From Antedon mediterranea (taxonomy: Eukaryota > Animalia > Echinodermata): a stretch of DNA of 64,000 nucleotides. The notes beneath the pieces were generated by a model. The model was not told the DNA's origin. It ran no database searches and was given only the letters and a program-made list of their open reading frames with translations. Location: positions 13,736,948-13,800,947 of the forward strand of contig NC_092673.1 of NCBI RefSeq assembly GCF_964355755.1, read 5' to 3'. Both the position numbers and the translations under genes were made by a program. How positions within the stretch are numbered: position 1 is the first letter of the stretch; every line of letters starts with the position of its first letter. This document shows positions 1-13,381 of the stretch, in pieces.

Positions 1-633
1 TAAGCTCCTCTAGCAACTGGAATTGAGATGAGTTGACTCCTAGAGATTTGAAAGGGTGATGTGCCATGAAAAGAAAGGCTTCTGTGACTGCTGGAAATGA
101 GTTCCACGTCTCCCATGCGGAGTGTTTTGCTTTTCCGAAGAACTGGGATGTAGTATCGGACCCAGTAAATGCATGAAAAACTGGCAGCCCTCTTGACTTA
201 TCCTCTCCTAGGTTATGGCAGATGGTATTTATATTAAAATATTGGAAGTGCTTACCCATGCCAAATGCGACCCAGATACACGTACCAGAATAACAGGCTA
301 TTAGATTGCAGAAAATACCAACCAGGATAACAATGACATCAGTATCAACTGTACGCACTTTAAGGCATCATCAATGTGAATGCACATCTTGGAGTCGGCC
401 TCTTCATGGTCGCAGATTGACATAGGTTGAGTAGATGTCAACATACAAAAGACTCGCCTACAGGACATATATCAAGAATTACTTACTATTTAATATGCCT
501 TTTTAATTAATTATTAGTATGAAACTGTATAAGTAAATTAATCGTTACATGGTTACAAACAAAATAAATTAGTATGTATCATAATAAAACTTACCTGATG
601 CAGTCAGAGTAATCATGGGTAGACACCTTTGTA

Positions 634-681
<48 letters not shown>

Positions 682-1560
682 CCCTGGAATCTTTGTTTGT
701 CCCCCAACTTTCCTCCTGACCCCTTTTCCTCTTTTTTCTCCTGTAGACTGCTTAAGACTATCTGTTCTGTAAGTGTCCCACACTATATCAATTCTGTTAA
801 TATTCTGCAGCTGCTGTCTGGTCCACGGTAGAAAGACCTGTCATACAAATGATACAAGAATAACGATCCGCATATAGAAGTGACCAATTATGTGGTGGTT
901 AAACAATAGATACAATCCTGAATGCAAAGAAATGTACTCACCTTATCACCGTAGTCATCAAATGTAAATGCATGGTTGCTGGAAAGAGCATGGAAAATAG
1001 CAGCTCCGTCAAACACCTTTACATCAAAATATGTAGGAGGTTCAGGCTGGCCTTCAGTCTCCAAATGCTGTAGCAACTCAGACTTCTTAGTTGGTAGTCG
1101 AGGCTTTCCATTTACTGCCAAAGAGGGTGGCCATGGCTGGTTTTCGTGCATGAAGAAGTCTTCCAAATCTCCATCACGAGATTGACTTGCAATATACAGT
1201 CGACTGAATAGACTGCAGTCACTTTTTAAACTCTTAACTTGTTGCTTTGTTTTGGACACTGATTTTGACCATGGTGTTTGATGGCTTGTTGAATAATTGC
1301 AACACTTCTGTCGAGAACTTCCTTGAAATATTTTTGGTACTGGGTAGTACCTACATCCTGAATTGTACGAACTGTCACTACTGCACTTTCATTGGCACAA
1401 TCTCGAGCATCCAAGACCAGAAGTTCTGAACAATTATCGAGGAATGGGTTGCCTGCATTGCTCAGGGAACTGCAAGTGCCGTTCAGCAGGTCTTTCTTGC
1501 ACTGGTCTTTGTTATCCATGCCGTGGAACCTGTTCGTCATCTAGCAACTCTGTACCATTA
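1..1560 (-). pseudogene. Academ transposase C-terminal (XPG-like nuclease) region, frameshifted
   Basis: Minus-strand translation gives LKSDCSLFSRLYIASQSRDGDLEDFFMHENQPWPPSL (ORF 888-1259), HEEADSKMCIH (~408-376), VRTVDTDVIVILVG and LPVFHAFTGSDTTSQFFG; broken by frameshifts, apparent introns and an A-run at ~637-679. Confidence 0.7.
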
Positions 1561-2210
1561 TAAGTGTTTGTTTCCAGATAAATAATTTCATAAAAGTAAA
1601 GTTGATAATCACCTCCATGTATTGCTATGGATGCTAACGCCATAATTGTCAGTCAAATGGTCTTTTGTCTGTTTACTTAGTCCAGTGGTTATTGAGCCAA
1701 GTTTGATACAGTATATGTTTTATATACTTTTTTTCAGTGGTTCCTAATATTATGTTAAAGGAAAGTAACTGATACAGGATAAATATATATTAGTAGTTCT
1801 ATTACAAAAATGAATGTTGTTGTTCTTATAACTACAATGTTCATAACATAGCCCAATATTGGCGCGTTTTGATTGAAAACCCTTCAATATGACAGAAAAT
1901 TACATTATTTGACCTATATATTCCGTTTGAAGAGAAATCATATGTTTTTTATGTGTGTATTGCAATTTACATGTCATGAGTTTTAATTTGATACCAAACT
2001 TGGTATGTATATACGAAGATTTAAGTTTTCACCTAATTACGTAATACTAAAAAAAAGGCGTGGTCCAAATGACGTCGTTAAATTGTTCTGATTTTTGGGC
2101 ACCCCTTCTAGTATTGTTAGATATACCCTAAAGAAGGTTTGTGCCAAATTTGGTGCTTTTGTCACAAAATGCACAATCTTCATAAAAAATGGAAGTTAGC
2201 AACCCTGCTA
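1..2210 (-). mobile_element. Academ-type DNA transposon, partial and degenerate (one terminus at 2210)
   Basis: Minus-strand XPG/FEN-like motifs in 1-1560; terminal region GTGCCAAATTTGGTGCTTTTGTCACAAAATGCAC...GTTAGCAACCCTGCTA ends in CTA at 2210, matching TAG..CTA Academ termini. The other end lies outside the window. Confidence 0.65.
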
Positions 2211-2983
2211 GTAGTGTAAAATCTGATATTGATGATTGTTTAGTGCACACAACCAAAGTCGAACTGTGGGTCTAGGACAACAACCCCCTTAGGACAACTA
2301 AAAATCTGTAGCGACACGGCCTTTTCAATTGCTCTGTGTCGATGTACAACATTTTGGCTGTTTTGACTAGTTTTATTTTAGTATATATTTTTTTGTGGAG
2401 GTTTGGTGAACTATGTATAAAGTTAATATTTTATGGAACATGCTATGTTTGGTGTTTTAATATGGAGTATTAAGAAATTCTCTGCTGTACGTTAACAATG
2501 GCATGATTTGTTTGTCAGAAACATGGCCGACGGATTGTCACAAGTGATTTAATTTTTGTTCTATCGTACCGTATGAGGGGGGTCATTCATGCGTAGCGGC
2601 CTCTTATTGGATGATGGGTTGGTAATTTAAGAGGGTAATTCGAGATTTATATGATTTAATTGGGTTTTGAGTATTAGGAAAGGGGTAAAGGCCATCTCTA
2701 GAGATAATTGAGGGAGTAAAGGGAACTTGTAAGATATTTATTTATTTGTTTATTGTTAACGGGTATTTATTTATTAGATATTATTGAATGGTTGTAGTAG
2801 TGTAGTCGTCGTTAAGAGCAGACGTGTCCTAAATCGCTCTCTCTAGCCTCACTACATTCAGCCTCACTACGCGGTGACAGTTCAAATTTCCCGCAGGACA
2901 GTTGTTGTGTTAGGGCACTCCTGTAGCCTAGCATTTACTTGTCCGTTTTTGTCTGCTGTACAAGTACGTATTAATACACCATC

Positions 2984-3769
2984 ATGGCTGGAAAGAATAC
3001 AAGGAAAGGTGGTAAAAAGGACAGCGGTAAGGAGTGTTGCGAACTGAACACTGATACAGCACCTGTCATTGATGTGGAACCGCTTACTATTACTGTACAA
3101 AATGAAATTTCCAATATAATTAAAGGAAATACGAGTATTTTCAATGACCTAGCCGAGAAAATTGCGAGCATTGTTAAACACCAGCTGATTGAAAGCATTA
3201 AACAAATTGTAACGGATGCAGCAATTGAAGCAATACGTTTCGAACTTGACGATACTAAAGATCGTCTCAGCAAAGTAGAACAGCAGGTAGAGAACTTACA
3301 ATATGAGCTAGATGAAGCAGAACAATATTCAAGAAGGAACTGTTTGATTATTCAAGGAATAGAAGAGAAACAATGTGAGATAACAGACAATATAGTTTTG
3401 GATTTGTTTAAGAAAAAGCTAAGCGTAGAAGTAGATAAAACATGCATAGACAGGAGTCATAGATTGGGGCCAAAAGTTAAGAAAAACGGAAGAGCAAGAG
3501 GAATAATAGTAAAGTTTAGTTCGTATAATGTTAGAAATGAAGTATATAGAGCAAAGAAAAAATTAAAGGGGAGCCATATCTACATTCATGAAAACCTTAC
3601 GAGCAAAAGATCAAGTTTACTACGTACTGTAAAGCAAAACTATGCATCAGTGGTATCTGCAGTTTGAACACAAGATGGTCGCATACATACCATAATCACT
3701 GGCAGTAACGAGAAAGTTGTTTTATCCAGAACTTCCGATCTTAAACAATTACCTAAATGTAAAAGGTAA
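2984..3769 (+). pseudogene. LINE ORF1 (coiled coil + RRM-like), premature TGA at 3665-3667
   Basis: EAEQYSRRNCLIIQGIEE, IDRSHRLG, IIVKF, IYIHENLT motifs; the frame continues past the stop as *TQDGRI (expected WTxDGxI) to TAA at 3767-3769. Confidence 0.85.
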
Positions 3770-3821
3770 TGTGTAAGAATTTTAAATGTCCTAAATCTGT
3801 ATTGTATTTTATGTAGATAAG

Positions 3822-6398
3822 ATGATTTTAGATTTTATTTGTAACGCATGTAATAAACCATTTAAACCAATTCAATTGTTAAACGAACATCGTACGGGAA
3901 GCCTTTTAGACAACGACGTAGACGACGCTGAATTACGTAACGACTCTATTGTTTATCCTGCTTTTGGCATACTATGCAAATTATGCGAGATTGATTGTAC
4001 AAAGGGTTTTAAAATTGGTCATTTAAATGTCAGAAGTCTCTATAATAAGGTGGACCATGTTCGGAGTTTACTTTCGGAATGCCGTTTCCATGTTTTAGGA
4101 ATTAGTGAAACCTGGCTAGATCAAAATATACATAATAGTGAACTTGCAATCCCAGGATACCTATTAGTTAGAACAGACAGAAATAGACACGGAGGTGGGG
4201 TGGCTATCTATGTAAACGAAAATGTTGATTTTGATGTCATTGACTTTGGTGAAAATACAATTGAATCGGTATGGATAAAAATTAAGCCGGTTAACACTAA
4301 ACCGTTCGTTATAGGTAATGTTTATAGACCACCAAATTCGTGTACTGGATTTGTTGATATAATGCATGATCAAATATCTTTTATACTAGATAGTATAAGA
4401 GAGATTAGCGATCACTCATTGATATATGCAATACGTAAAAAAATTAAAATAAAATTGCCCCCGCGTATTTTACATACGAGAACCTTCCGGAAATTTAACG
4501 AAGATTTGTTTATTTCTGATCTTGCATCTGCTCCGTGGAGTATTTGTGAGGCGTCCGAGGATGCTGACGAGGCTTGGGACATTTGGAAACACATTTTTAC
4601 TGATATTTGTGATATTCATGCTCCTATGGTGACGGTCAGGAGGAAGGGAACTGATATTCCATGGCTTACAGACGAATTTGTTTCCCTTTCTCGTGACCGT
4701 GATTATTTAAAACAAAAAGCCGAAAAAACTAAGAACATAGATGATTGGAATTCTTACAAAAAGGCAAGAAATAAATTAAATAATTTGTCTAAATCACTAA
4801 AACGCGACTATATAAATAATAAATTAAAGGATAATGTTAATGACACTAAAACATTATGGAAAACCATGAAAGACTTTTTACCCAATAAAAAGAAACAAAC
4901 TAAAACAACTCTCAATGTAAACGGTAATGAAATAAACAATCCAACTGATATTGCTAATCATTTTAATAAATATTTTTGTTCAATTTCTAATGAACTTGCA
5001 TCCCATTTTAATGACAACCAAAACGATATTACCGTTGAATCGTTATCACAATTTCAACAACGTTTCAACTTTAAAGATATTAATGGAAATGAAATTAAAG
5101 CTTTGTTGGAAAAGTTAGAAATTGGAAAAGCTACTGGAATTGATGGGATTTCCGCTAGGTAGGCAAGACTTTGAGAAATTTGTGAAGATGCAATTTTAAC
5201 TGGTCATTAAGATCTGGTGTTATTCCAAGTGAATGGAAATGTGCTAAGGTTACTCCGCTTTATAAAGGAGGATGTAAACATGAACTTAACAACTACCGTC
5301 CAATATCTGTTATACCTATTGTTATGAAAGTTTTTGAAAGATGCATCCATAATCAAGTTATGAATCATATAAATGAGTTTAATTTATTATGTAAAAATCA
5401 ATCTGGTTTTAGGTCGTTACATTCAACTTCTACTACACTGATAGATGTATGCAATTATATATATAAAAATATTGATAATGGCTTGGTAACTGGAGCAATT
5501 TTTCTTGACCTAAAAAAGGCGTTTGATACGGTAGACCACGATATTTTATTACGTAAATTATGCACCTTTGGAATGATAAACACTGAGCATGGTTCAGTAA
5601 TTATTTAAAAAATCGCAAACAATTTGTTAATTTTAATGGAAAAAAATCTGAAATTTTAAATGTCAACTATGGGGTACCACAAGGCTCAATTCTTGGCCCT
5701 TTGTTGTTTATTTTATACATAACTGAACAGTTGGAAAATGTAAAACAATGGTTAGATAAACATAAATTAACTCTAAACATTGATAAAACCAAATACATGC
5801 TTTTTGGTACTCATGCACGTGTTAATAAAACAACAGATGAAACAGTAATTTTTGATAACATTCCGATTGAGAAAGTTGAAACGTTTAAATATTTGGGACT
5901 TAAAATTATTAAAAGATTATACAATGCTCTATTTTTATCACATATTGACTATTGTTCAACAGTCTGGGGTACTGGTTCAAACGCCCATATTTTAAAATTG
6001 CAAAGGGTACAAAATAGAGCTGCACGATTAATACTAGGTGCTGATATTCGAACTCCTGTTAGACAAATGCATTATGATTTAGGTTGGCTAACAATTAAGA
6101 CAAGAATTGAATATCATACAATTTGTACAATACAGTATTTAGATGTTTACAAGAATCTGTACCTTCATACTTATGTGATGTTTTGCAATATATTAGTAGT
6201 GTACACAATATTCAAACCAGAAACTATGAAAATAATCTGTTGTATTTGCCCAGATGTAACCTCGAAATATACAAACGTAGTTTTGTTTATTATGGAAGTT
6301 CACTCTGGAATGGCCTACCTTATGAATTAAGAAAACAAAACAATTATAACCGTTTTAAATCACTTGTTAAGATTCATTTATTGTTGCCAGTGGTCTAG
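3822..6398 (+). pseudogene. LINE ORF2 (AP endonuclease + reverse transcriptase), disrupted
   Basis: HLNVRSL, ISETWL, GGGVAIYV, YRPPN, SDHSLI; NYRPIS, QSGFR, FLDLKKAFDTVDH, GVPQGSILGP; the GDFN block and the YADD block are missing; several frameshifts. Confidence 0.9.
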
Positions 6399-6784
6399 GA
6401 TGGTTCCAGTGAAATATATTTAAATATGGTATAAAAGTATAATAATAATGAGAACATGCATTGAAGTTTAGTTTTAGTTTAAGTTTTAGTTTAAGTTTAG
6501 TTTAAGTTGTTTTCAAATTTTGTTTAAATGTGCCGTAGGGCCCCTCGGAAGAGCAGTTTTATTTTATTACTGAGAGGGCTACCCTACTAAAAGAAAACGA
6601 AATAAATAAATAAATAAATAAATAAATAAATGTGAAACTTCATATGAATGCTCGTTTGAGCCTGAGGTATAAATGTTTAAAAGAAAAGAAAAAAAAAAAA
6701 AAATTAAAATAACGATAGAAGCTCTTGAAGTAATTTGTAATTGTTTTTCTGTATAACTAAATTGGCAAGGTTTCGTGACATTTA

Positions 6785-6801
6785 TGGGGGCTCGTCCGGG
6801 A
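6785..6801 (+). promoter_or_regulatory. tRNA-Pro primer-binding site
   Basis: TGGGGGCTCGTCCGGGA, the canonical tRNA-Pro PBS sequence, 4 nt after an LTR-like ...GTGACA end. Confidence 0.8.
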
Positions 6802-6902
6802 GAGTGCCAATTTAAAAAAAAAAAAATATACAGGAAAAAAAATAACAGTATTTTAGTGTTCTTATTACAGATATTGAAAACGATAAGGCTGCAGTGTGCA
6901 TC

Positions 6903-7070
6903 ATGGATCTTGAAAGACTCGTCGAGGCTGGTAAGGCGTTGGGTTATAGTGGCATGGAATTGCGAGAGTTTGTCAGTGAGAGAGAGAAAAGTGAGGAATT
7001 TGAAAGAAAAGCAGAAGGAGGAACAAGAGGGGAGGGCTCACCAATTAGAATTGCGCAGAAATGACCAACA
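6903..7070 (+). pseudogene. Gypsy gag N-terminal fragment
   Basis: ATG at 6903: MDLERLVEAGKALGYSGMELREFVSERE followed by E/R/K-rich coiled coil, downstream of the PBS; truncated. Confidence 0.6.
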
Positions 7071-7074
7071 GATT

Positions 7075-7330
7075 TTGAATGTACACGGAGGGTTCACAAT
7101 CCTAATTTATGCGTTTTACAAAAAACTGAAAAATAGTAACATGTGTAACAATTGTGGCGTCATTAAAGACGAAAAACATATGTTTTTTATTGTAGAAGTA
7201 ATCACATACTGTGGAATAAAATTGACAATATATTTAAAAAGTTAGATAACAGCAGTAGTAGTGTCGATAAGTTTTTATGTTTTTTGTGTACGCATAATTA
7301 ACACTATGTATGAAAGTTAAAAGTGTAAAA
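7075..7330 (+). pseudogene. L1/Tx1-like LINE ORF2 C-terminal fragment
   Basis: CNNCGVIKDEKHMFF resembles the C-terminal CxxC..ExxxH zinc knuckle of L1/Tx1 ORF2. Confidence 0.35.
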
Positions 7331-8021
7331 ATCAGAAAATAACGAAAAAGAGAAACTTAAGGTACGTAATAAAATGTGAATATAATACATATGAAAGATT
7401 GAATGAATAAAGGTGATGGTTAACCACAAAAAAAAAATTAAATTGTATAACAAAGGATAAGGACTCTGATCAATTCGAGATTCAAGGGTGATAAATTGTT
7501 TAAAGAGACGATGCATGTAATCAATCAACATTTTTTTCCAAAATTCTTGTATGTAGACTGGGCACAAATGTCTCAAAAACTTGAAAGAAGTGCATAAACA
7601 AGTGAAATTCAATAATGCGGTCTGGAGCAGCCTCTATGTCTTTACCGCCGTGCAAGTATTTTGAACAAATTAGATTTCTGCATAAAAAAACAGTTCTAAC
7701 TATCAGGAACTGTCAAGCTACTATAATAAAGACAATATTGATCCCTGTGTGTTGACGATAATACCACAAGTATCGATAAAATGAAAAATCCCAATTGTTT
7801 TAGCATTTGACCACTGTAGACAACGCCTACCTATAGATTTAACATAAGAACTGTCTAAGAACCATTTATTATCAACATTTAATGCGTCTGCAAATAATAT
7901 TCTGTATACATATACGAAAACTGTTATTTACATTTCAATTAAATCGGATTAATTAAAACCAATAATTATTTTTTTAGTGTTATTTATATAGTGCAAATAA
8001 GTATTATACTTTATACGTCTA

Positions 8022-8256
8022 CAAAACCTAGGTGCCTTTTTAGCAAAGATATACCTGAAAAGTGAAGATTTGATTTTGAAATCCAACATAGCCACCATGC
8101 AATCAAAATGATAGTTACACCAATATGTTTGGTGGCCATATAATTTGCACTTAAAATCAGAGATATACCTGAAAAGTGAAAATTTGAAGTCCGTCATTTT
8201 GAAATCCAACATGGCCACCATGAAATTCAGAATGTTATCACATTTTGAAGGATTGG
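8022..8256 (-). repeat. Dispersed repeat with CAAAATGGCGG-type motifs (inverted copy of 13382-13697)
   Basis: Reverse complement contains AATCCTTCAAAATGTGATAACATT, TTTTCACTTTTCAGGTATATCTCTG and CTAAAAAGGCACCTAG, also present at 13382-13697 and 47970-48176. Confidence 0.8.
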
Positions 8257-9204
8257 TTCACTTAACAGGCCTACTATAATAATTGGTGATAGTAAGGTAC
8301 TATAACTCATTCTACTTTACATCCTTGAATAAACTCCCCTCTACTAACAAATGCATTTAAAAACTGCATTTGGTCATTGGTTATACTTCCTATGTTTTCA
8401 GTCAACTATTAGTGAACTTCTTTGAAGCTATTTGACCTGAAAAAGGGGATGTTTATACCAATAAAAATGTTTTCAAATTTTACTGTCTCATTTATTAGGC
8501 CTTTTATGTATAGAACCATAATGTACAGTAACGGTCAAATGTCATTTGGATCGCCTTGATTTCATAGATATTTGTTATTGTTCCAAGTAATACTTTATCC
8601 AATCCATGTACAAATGTATCATTGACTAACAAAATATATATTACTACTGTACTAGGAGGGAGGCGCCAGCAAGGTGGAAGTAGTTTCAGAGAGGGTAGAG
8701 CACCTCATCGGAGAGGCCAGCATCGCCGCTCCTGCTGCGGGCCAATACTGAACCGAGGGTCAGCGTAGGGTGGTATGCCTCTGGGACTCACGTGGGACGC
8801 CACGCGGCGCCCACGGGAGCCACACAAGCAAATCACACGACCGCCGACAATTAACTTCTTGTGACATCTCCTTTGCTTGCTTCTCACTCATTTCAAATGT
8901 GCTAGCTATTGCTTTTAAATTAGTTAATTTCAAAGTACTTCCTTTTTCTAGGAACAACATCAACATCATATATGTCCTGTACAGCCAATCCGGCGCAATG
9001 CAATAATAATAATAATAGTAGCATATAATTCAAAACTGCAAAGCCATTTCTTCCACCGTTCAGCCGAAGCGTGCACATCATGTGGATCATACGCAGCGAT
9101 TTATTTTATTTATTTATTTTATTGTGTACAACGTATACATACAGATTACCAACCATGAGGTTATATCGATCTCCCTCAACCCATTAGTCTCCCAATCCAG
9201 ACAC

Positions 9205-9364
9205 TACAACTGCCCAAATTTTGGCTGTCATGAGAGTTAATTTCACTCTTAAATTTGGATCTGACGACTAATATATCACGAAGGTTGGGAGGTCTACGAA
9301 ATGCAATAATGGGTGGTTCCGGAAAAACAGTCCTGAGACGTTCTGTGGACTGTAGAATGGGCAT
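9205..9364 (-). pseudogene. Penelope-like element fragment (RT to GIY-YIG linker)
   Basis: ILQSTERLRTVFPEPPIIAFRRPPNLRDILV, a characteristic PLE motif; adjacent (TA)n at ~9375-9400. Confidence 0.7.
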
Positions 9365-9654
9365 ATGTTTCTCAATATATATATATATATATATATATAT
9401 ACATTGTACTGCATGTTAAAAAAAAAAGATATATTGTCCCTTGAAAAAAAAACAATGGCGCTATAAATCGGACGATGATCAGTATTAAACATTTTTCATT
9501 GTGAAGTAAATTTTATGAATTGCTACTATAATAATAGGACATTACCAATTTTACATATCAAGCTGTAAAATTTATTCATACATTTTGCAGTTTATCCAAT
9601 AAGCATGAACTTATCCAGCTTGTGAAATTGATTGTTAGAACCATTTGCAATTTT

Positions 9655-9760
9655 ATTACTGCACCACCTGGGAAGAACTGTTAGCAATTATTAAATTCAC
9701 ACGTCAATTTAGGCACTACTTGCTTGGTAAACCATTTAAAATTCGCACTGACCACAGTAA
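9655..9760 (+). pseudogene. Gypsy RNase H fragment
   Basis: YCTTWEELLAIIKFTRQFRHYLLGKPFKIRTDHS. Confidence 0.75.
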
Positions 9761-9789
9761 TATTTCAGAGTTATTAATATTCAATGCTA

Positions 9790-12700
9790 GAAAAGGTATC
9801 CATCACATATGCAAAGTTGCTGGAATGCAACACAATAAGGAAAGAGAAACGCCCTTTCCTTTATATCACAGACTTAAGCTACATGGACAAGGAAGAAACA
9901 AAAAGCAGATTGATATTGATATTCAGTATCATAGTCGCATAATGGAAGTGAAGCAAGACATGCAGTTTGTGCGCCATGTTAAGGTAAATTCTATCATTGT
10001 TTTATATGTATGTTGTTTTTAATGTATAATAAATTTAATACTGTATAATGTAATTACTAGGCCACTTTTAAACAATAATCATTCATTTTCAGGATGGGGT
10101 AGTTTTGCCCACCAATATTCGCCTCAATGTATTTACCACACACGATCAAGGAAAGAAACGTCCACCTATAGGTATCAATCCAATAGACACAAAGAAACTA
10201 CCAGATGACTATGTAATACATACTCCAACTAATTTGATGAAGCCGGGAAATTGCAGGTAGGCTATTTTGTAGTTGAGTTGATTTATCAGATTGTATTTCC
10301 TTTACATGGATTACTCATACACACATTACAGCCTAGGTTACCACTAACAATCTTTCCTTTTGATTGTTTTAGCTGGCAGGTGAGATGGTGTAAATCTGGG
10401 CAGAATACTCCAACTGTCATGAATTCTGTTCTTAAAACTATGTATAGAATGAGGAAACGTTATTCGTTACAAACATCATGCTTGCGCCATTTTATGTAGG
10501 CAATTTCAGTAACGTTGAATCAAATGTATATATTTTACAAATCTGTAACTAAGTCACTAAGAATGTTTCTTAATGAAACCTTTGCAACAAGAAAATAGAA
10601 AATAAGGTTTCAGCTAATGACCATCATGCAGCAAGTAAGACCAAGGTGTATCATTGCTCCAATGCAGTTTTCTTTGATGCATGTGAATTGGAAATATGGA
10701 TCCAGTGATCTTGTTGATGGCTTGAGTTGCAGAGGATGTTGTATGTCATGATAAGTTAAGACGTTTAAAGCATGCGGCTCATACCAAAAAAAACCCAATT
10801 AGAATGAATGTATAGGCGATTGGTTTTGCCACTTTATTGCCGATAATGTTGACCACAACAATAAATGGTAAGGAATCTTACCATGGGATGGGCATTATGG
10901 CTTCTATCACTCCACATTGCCATTTAATCCATGTGTGGTTATGAATTCTCAATTTATTATAAACCAAAAAGCGTTGAAGGGAGGATTGGTGATCAGTTAA
11001 TGTATAAAACATAACGATAAGATAAAAGAAAGGATCTTGACATACTTTGGAAAGTAGCATATCCAATTAAAGTAAATAGACCAGGATGGTCAGGCTATAT
11101 GAAACTTGCAATAATACGACATGAAAATCCAGGCAAAGCATCATTCCATTTCTTACTTATGGTGGATTTGGATCCAACAAACATGTCATGTGTTTATACT
11201 ACGTTGAAATACCTATGTAAATTTACATTTGGTATGTACTAAGTACAAAATTACTTTTGATCAGCCATTGTGGCTAAAGGCTAAGCACATCATTAGTAAG
11301 GAAGAATGCCTTGGAAACAACTTTCTTATACTTGGCCCTTTCCATACTGTAATTTGTTTTCTAGGTAGTATTGGAATTTGCATGAAAGGAAGTGGGTCAC
11401 GGGCACTTCTTGAGATTGTATATGGTGTCAACACATTTAGTCAGTTAGCAGGAAAAGCTTATGAAAGGGCTATACATGGCCATTTACTGGTAGATGCTGC
11501 CTCGAACGCATGTGTGCTGACGATGAGAGTTTCCATATTGCTGTTCAGAAAGTTCTTTAACTTTATGATGTGTTCTAAAATCTGTGTTGGATGTTTAAAG
11601 GGGGGTTCCGGGTTTAAAATGAATAGTAAAAAATGTAAAATATATTTGTTTGTCTCTTGAACGGTAAAAGTTTCAATTTATATAAGCGCCCAGTGAAGCA
11701 GAACGAAGGCTGTGAAATGAGGCCAGATTACAAGTGCAGCTACGGCAAAATCACACTTTGGTTACAGAATAGGAAATTCGTGAAATGGTCAATCTTCCGA
11801 CGACTCGTTATCATTAACCATATCAATTACTTTTGTATTTTTCAATTCTATGAAAATCCATCAAAACAGTGAAAAATTAGATAAGTTTGCACTTTACGTT
11901 TGCCGATTTTCGCACTGACTTAGGGAAAGCCTTCAAAATCAATGAAGCGTAACGTATACATTCCTACTGCTGAGCGAGGAGAGCGAGACGACAATACACG
12001 TGCTCTCTCTGCCCATGCCTGGCATCGTCACGTGATAAGCAGATACAGTATACAATACCAAACTGGTCGGGTCGAGTATACCCCGTCTATAATCACAACA
12101 TGAACGATGTACAGTATTTGATTGAAGGTCGACTCAACCTACCGGAATGGTATAGATAATATAGCTCGAATGAGAGAGTTATCAAAATAAATAATAATAA
12201 TAATTTATTTATTTTCTTTATGTTTTCAGACTATATGGCCATGTTGCCTATAGTAAAAGGCCTGGTAGTATCAATTCGCATAGGGTCTACTACACTAGCT
12301 AGCTCAATTTTTAACTGGGCCGGATCGGCTAGGCTAGGCTAGGTCTCCTTCCTACTACCGGTCTACTTGCTTGATGCAGTATCCGCTTTTTTGGAGAGTA
12401 ACTGGGCCTACTTATTAGACGATCGGGACACCATACGTGCGGACAGCGATCGGACCTTGTTTTGCCTCAATATTTACAGCCGATTTTTATAGAACGTTTT
12501 AGATTTAGATTGTTTAGGAGTTTGGTTGATAGGATGGGTTTGGAATCCACTGAGTTTTGTTATTTATGGGCCAATCGTTTAGTAATAGGCTAGCTAGGCC
12601 CATGAATGATGGCCCCAATCAATGTTTTAACGTAGCCATCGTGGCATGGAATCCCTAGTCAGAAATGGCTCTCACCCTGGCATGAATAAAATGATTTAGG

Positions 12701-13360
12701 CTAGGCCTAGCCTAGTACCGTGAAGCCGATATACGATCTGTACTATTAATTCGAGGTATGACTCCGTAATCTGTACTAAATTTTGTATTTCATTAAATGT
12801 CAAATAAATATATGCTAGCAGCTACTACTCTTATTATTACACTTTAGGCCTAGCTTAGCAAATCTACAAAAAATGTATTTCACAATGATCGGGTGGTCGT
12901 CGTTTGACAGAGGAGAGAGAACACAACGTACTGTACAAGCTTGACGTCGCGAGTTTGGAATCCACTGATGACGTGATTCTGTGAATATCTCATGAATATT
13001 AATGAGCTTCCCTAAGCTGCTGAAAAACAGACTTTCCATGAATTTACCCTAAAATGTATATGAAATTTAATTTTTATTATTTCTCGTTATTACTTCTTCA
13101 TTCTGACATGTCTATATTGTTATAATATTTTTTATTTAATAAATAAACGATATTTAAAAGCAATTTTAAACCCAGAATCCCCCTTTAATAACAGAAGATG
13201 CCTAATGGAAAACTCTGGATACAGTATATAAAGATGGTGGACATCATCAGGTCAATAATTAGATAGTCAAACAAGCCAACACACAGGAAATAATACCATT
13301 CTTTGCTGCATCCGGGCATAGAAACTATACAAAATCTTCACATTTGTTCTAGCAAGATCT
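9790..13360 (+). pseudogene. Academ transposase core fragments, interrupted by a TTAA element
   Basis: HNKERETPFPLY; FIADNVDHN..NGKESYHGMGIMASITP (~10833-10913); RPGWSGYM; ITFDQPLWLKA; LGPFHTVICFLGSIG..GSG; GKAYERAIHGHLLVDAA; resumes after 13188 with KLWIQYIKMVDIIR and PFFAASGHRNYTKS. Confidence 0.7.
11599..13184. mobile_element. Non-autonomous TTAA-specific DNA transposon (Kolobok-like)
   Basis: TIRs AGGGGGGTTCCGGGTTTAAAAT / ATTTTAAACCCAGAATCCCCCT (20/22), TTAA on both sides (11595-11598, 13185-13188); purine-purine start fits Kolobok rather than piggyBac. Confidence 0.8.
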
Positions 13361-13381
13361 TGCGGAATTAATTTAAACACT

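Larger units (their letters stand above)
2800..6630 (+). mobile_element. Non-LTR retrotransposon, CR1/L2 group (Crack/Daphne-like), near full length with internal deletions
   Basis: 5' UTR, ORF1, APE+RT ORF2 remnants, 3' UTR with GGGCCCCTCGGAAGAGCAG...CTGAGAGGGCTACCC stem region and an (AAAT)n tail at ~6600-6630. Confidence 0.9.
2307..6780 (+). repeat. Probable 5' LTR of a Gypsy element, split by the LINE at ~2800-6630
   Basis: Begins TGTAGCGA (2307) and ends TCGTGACA (6780), an imperfect TG..CA inverted pair, directly followed by a tRNA primer-binding site and a gag start. The left boundary is inferred. Confidence 0.5.

Noticed and set aside
637-679. Long A-run as a retroposon tail
   Set aside because: No TSD or upstream retroelement body; more likely a homopolymer expansion within the Academ relic.
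8650-8830. GC-rich island, possibly a structured RNA or the 5' end of an RTE-like element
   Set aside because: No tRNA/rRNA/snRNA signature and no linked ORF; cannot be assigned without a search.
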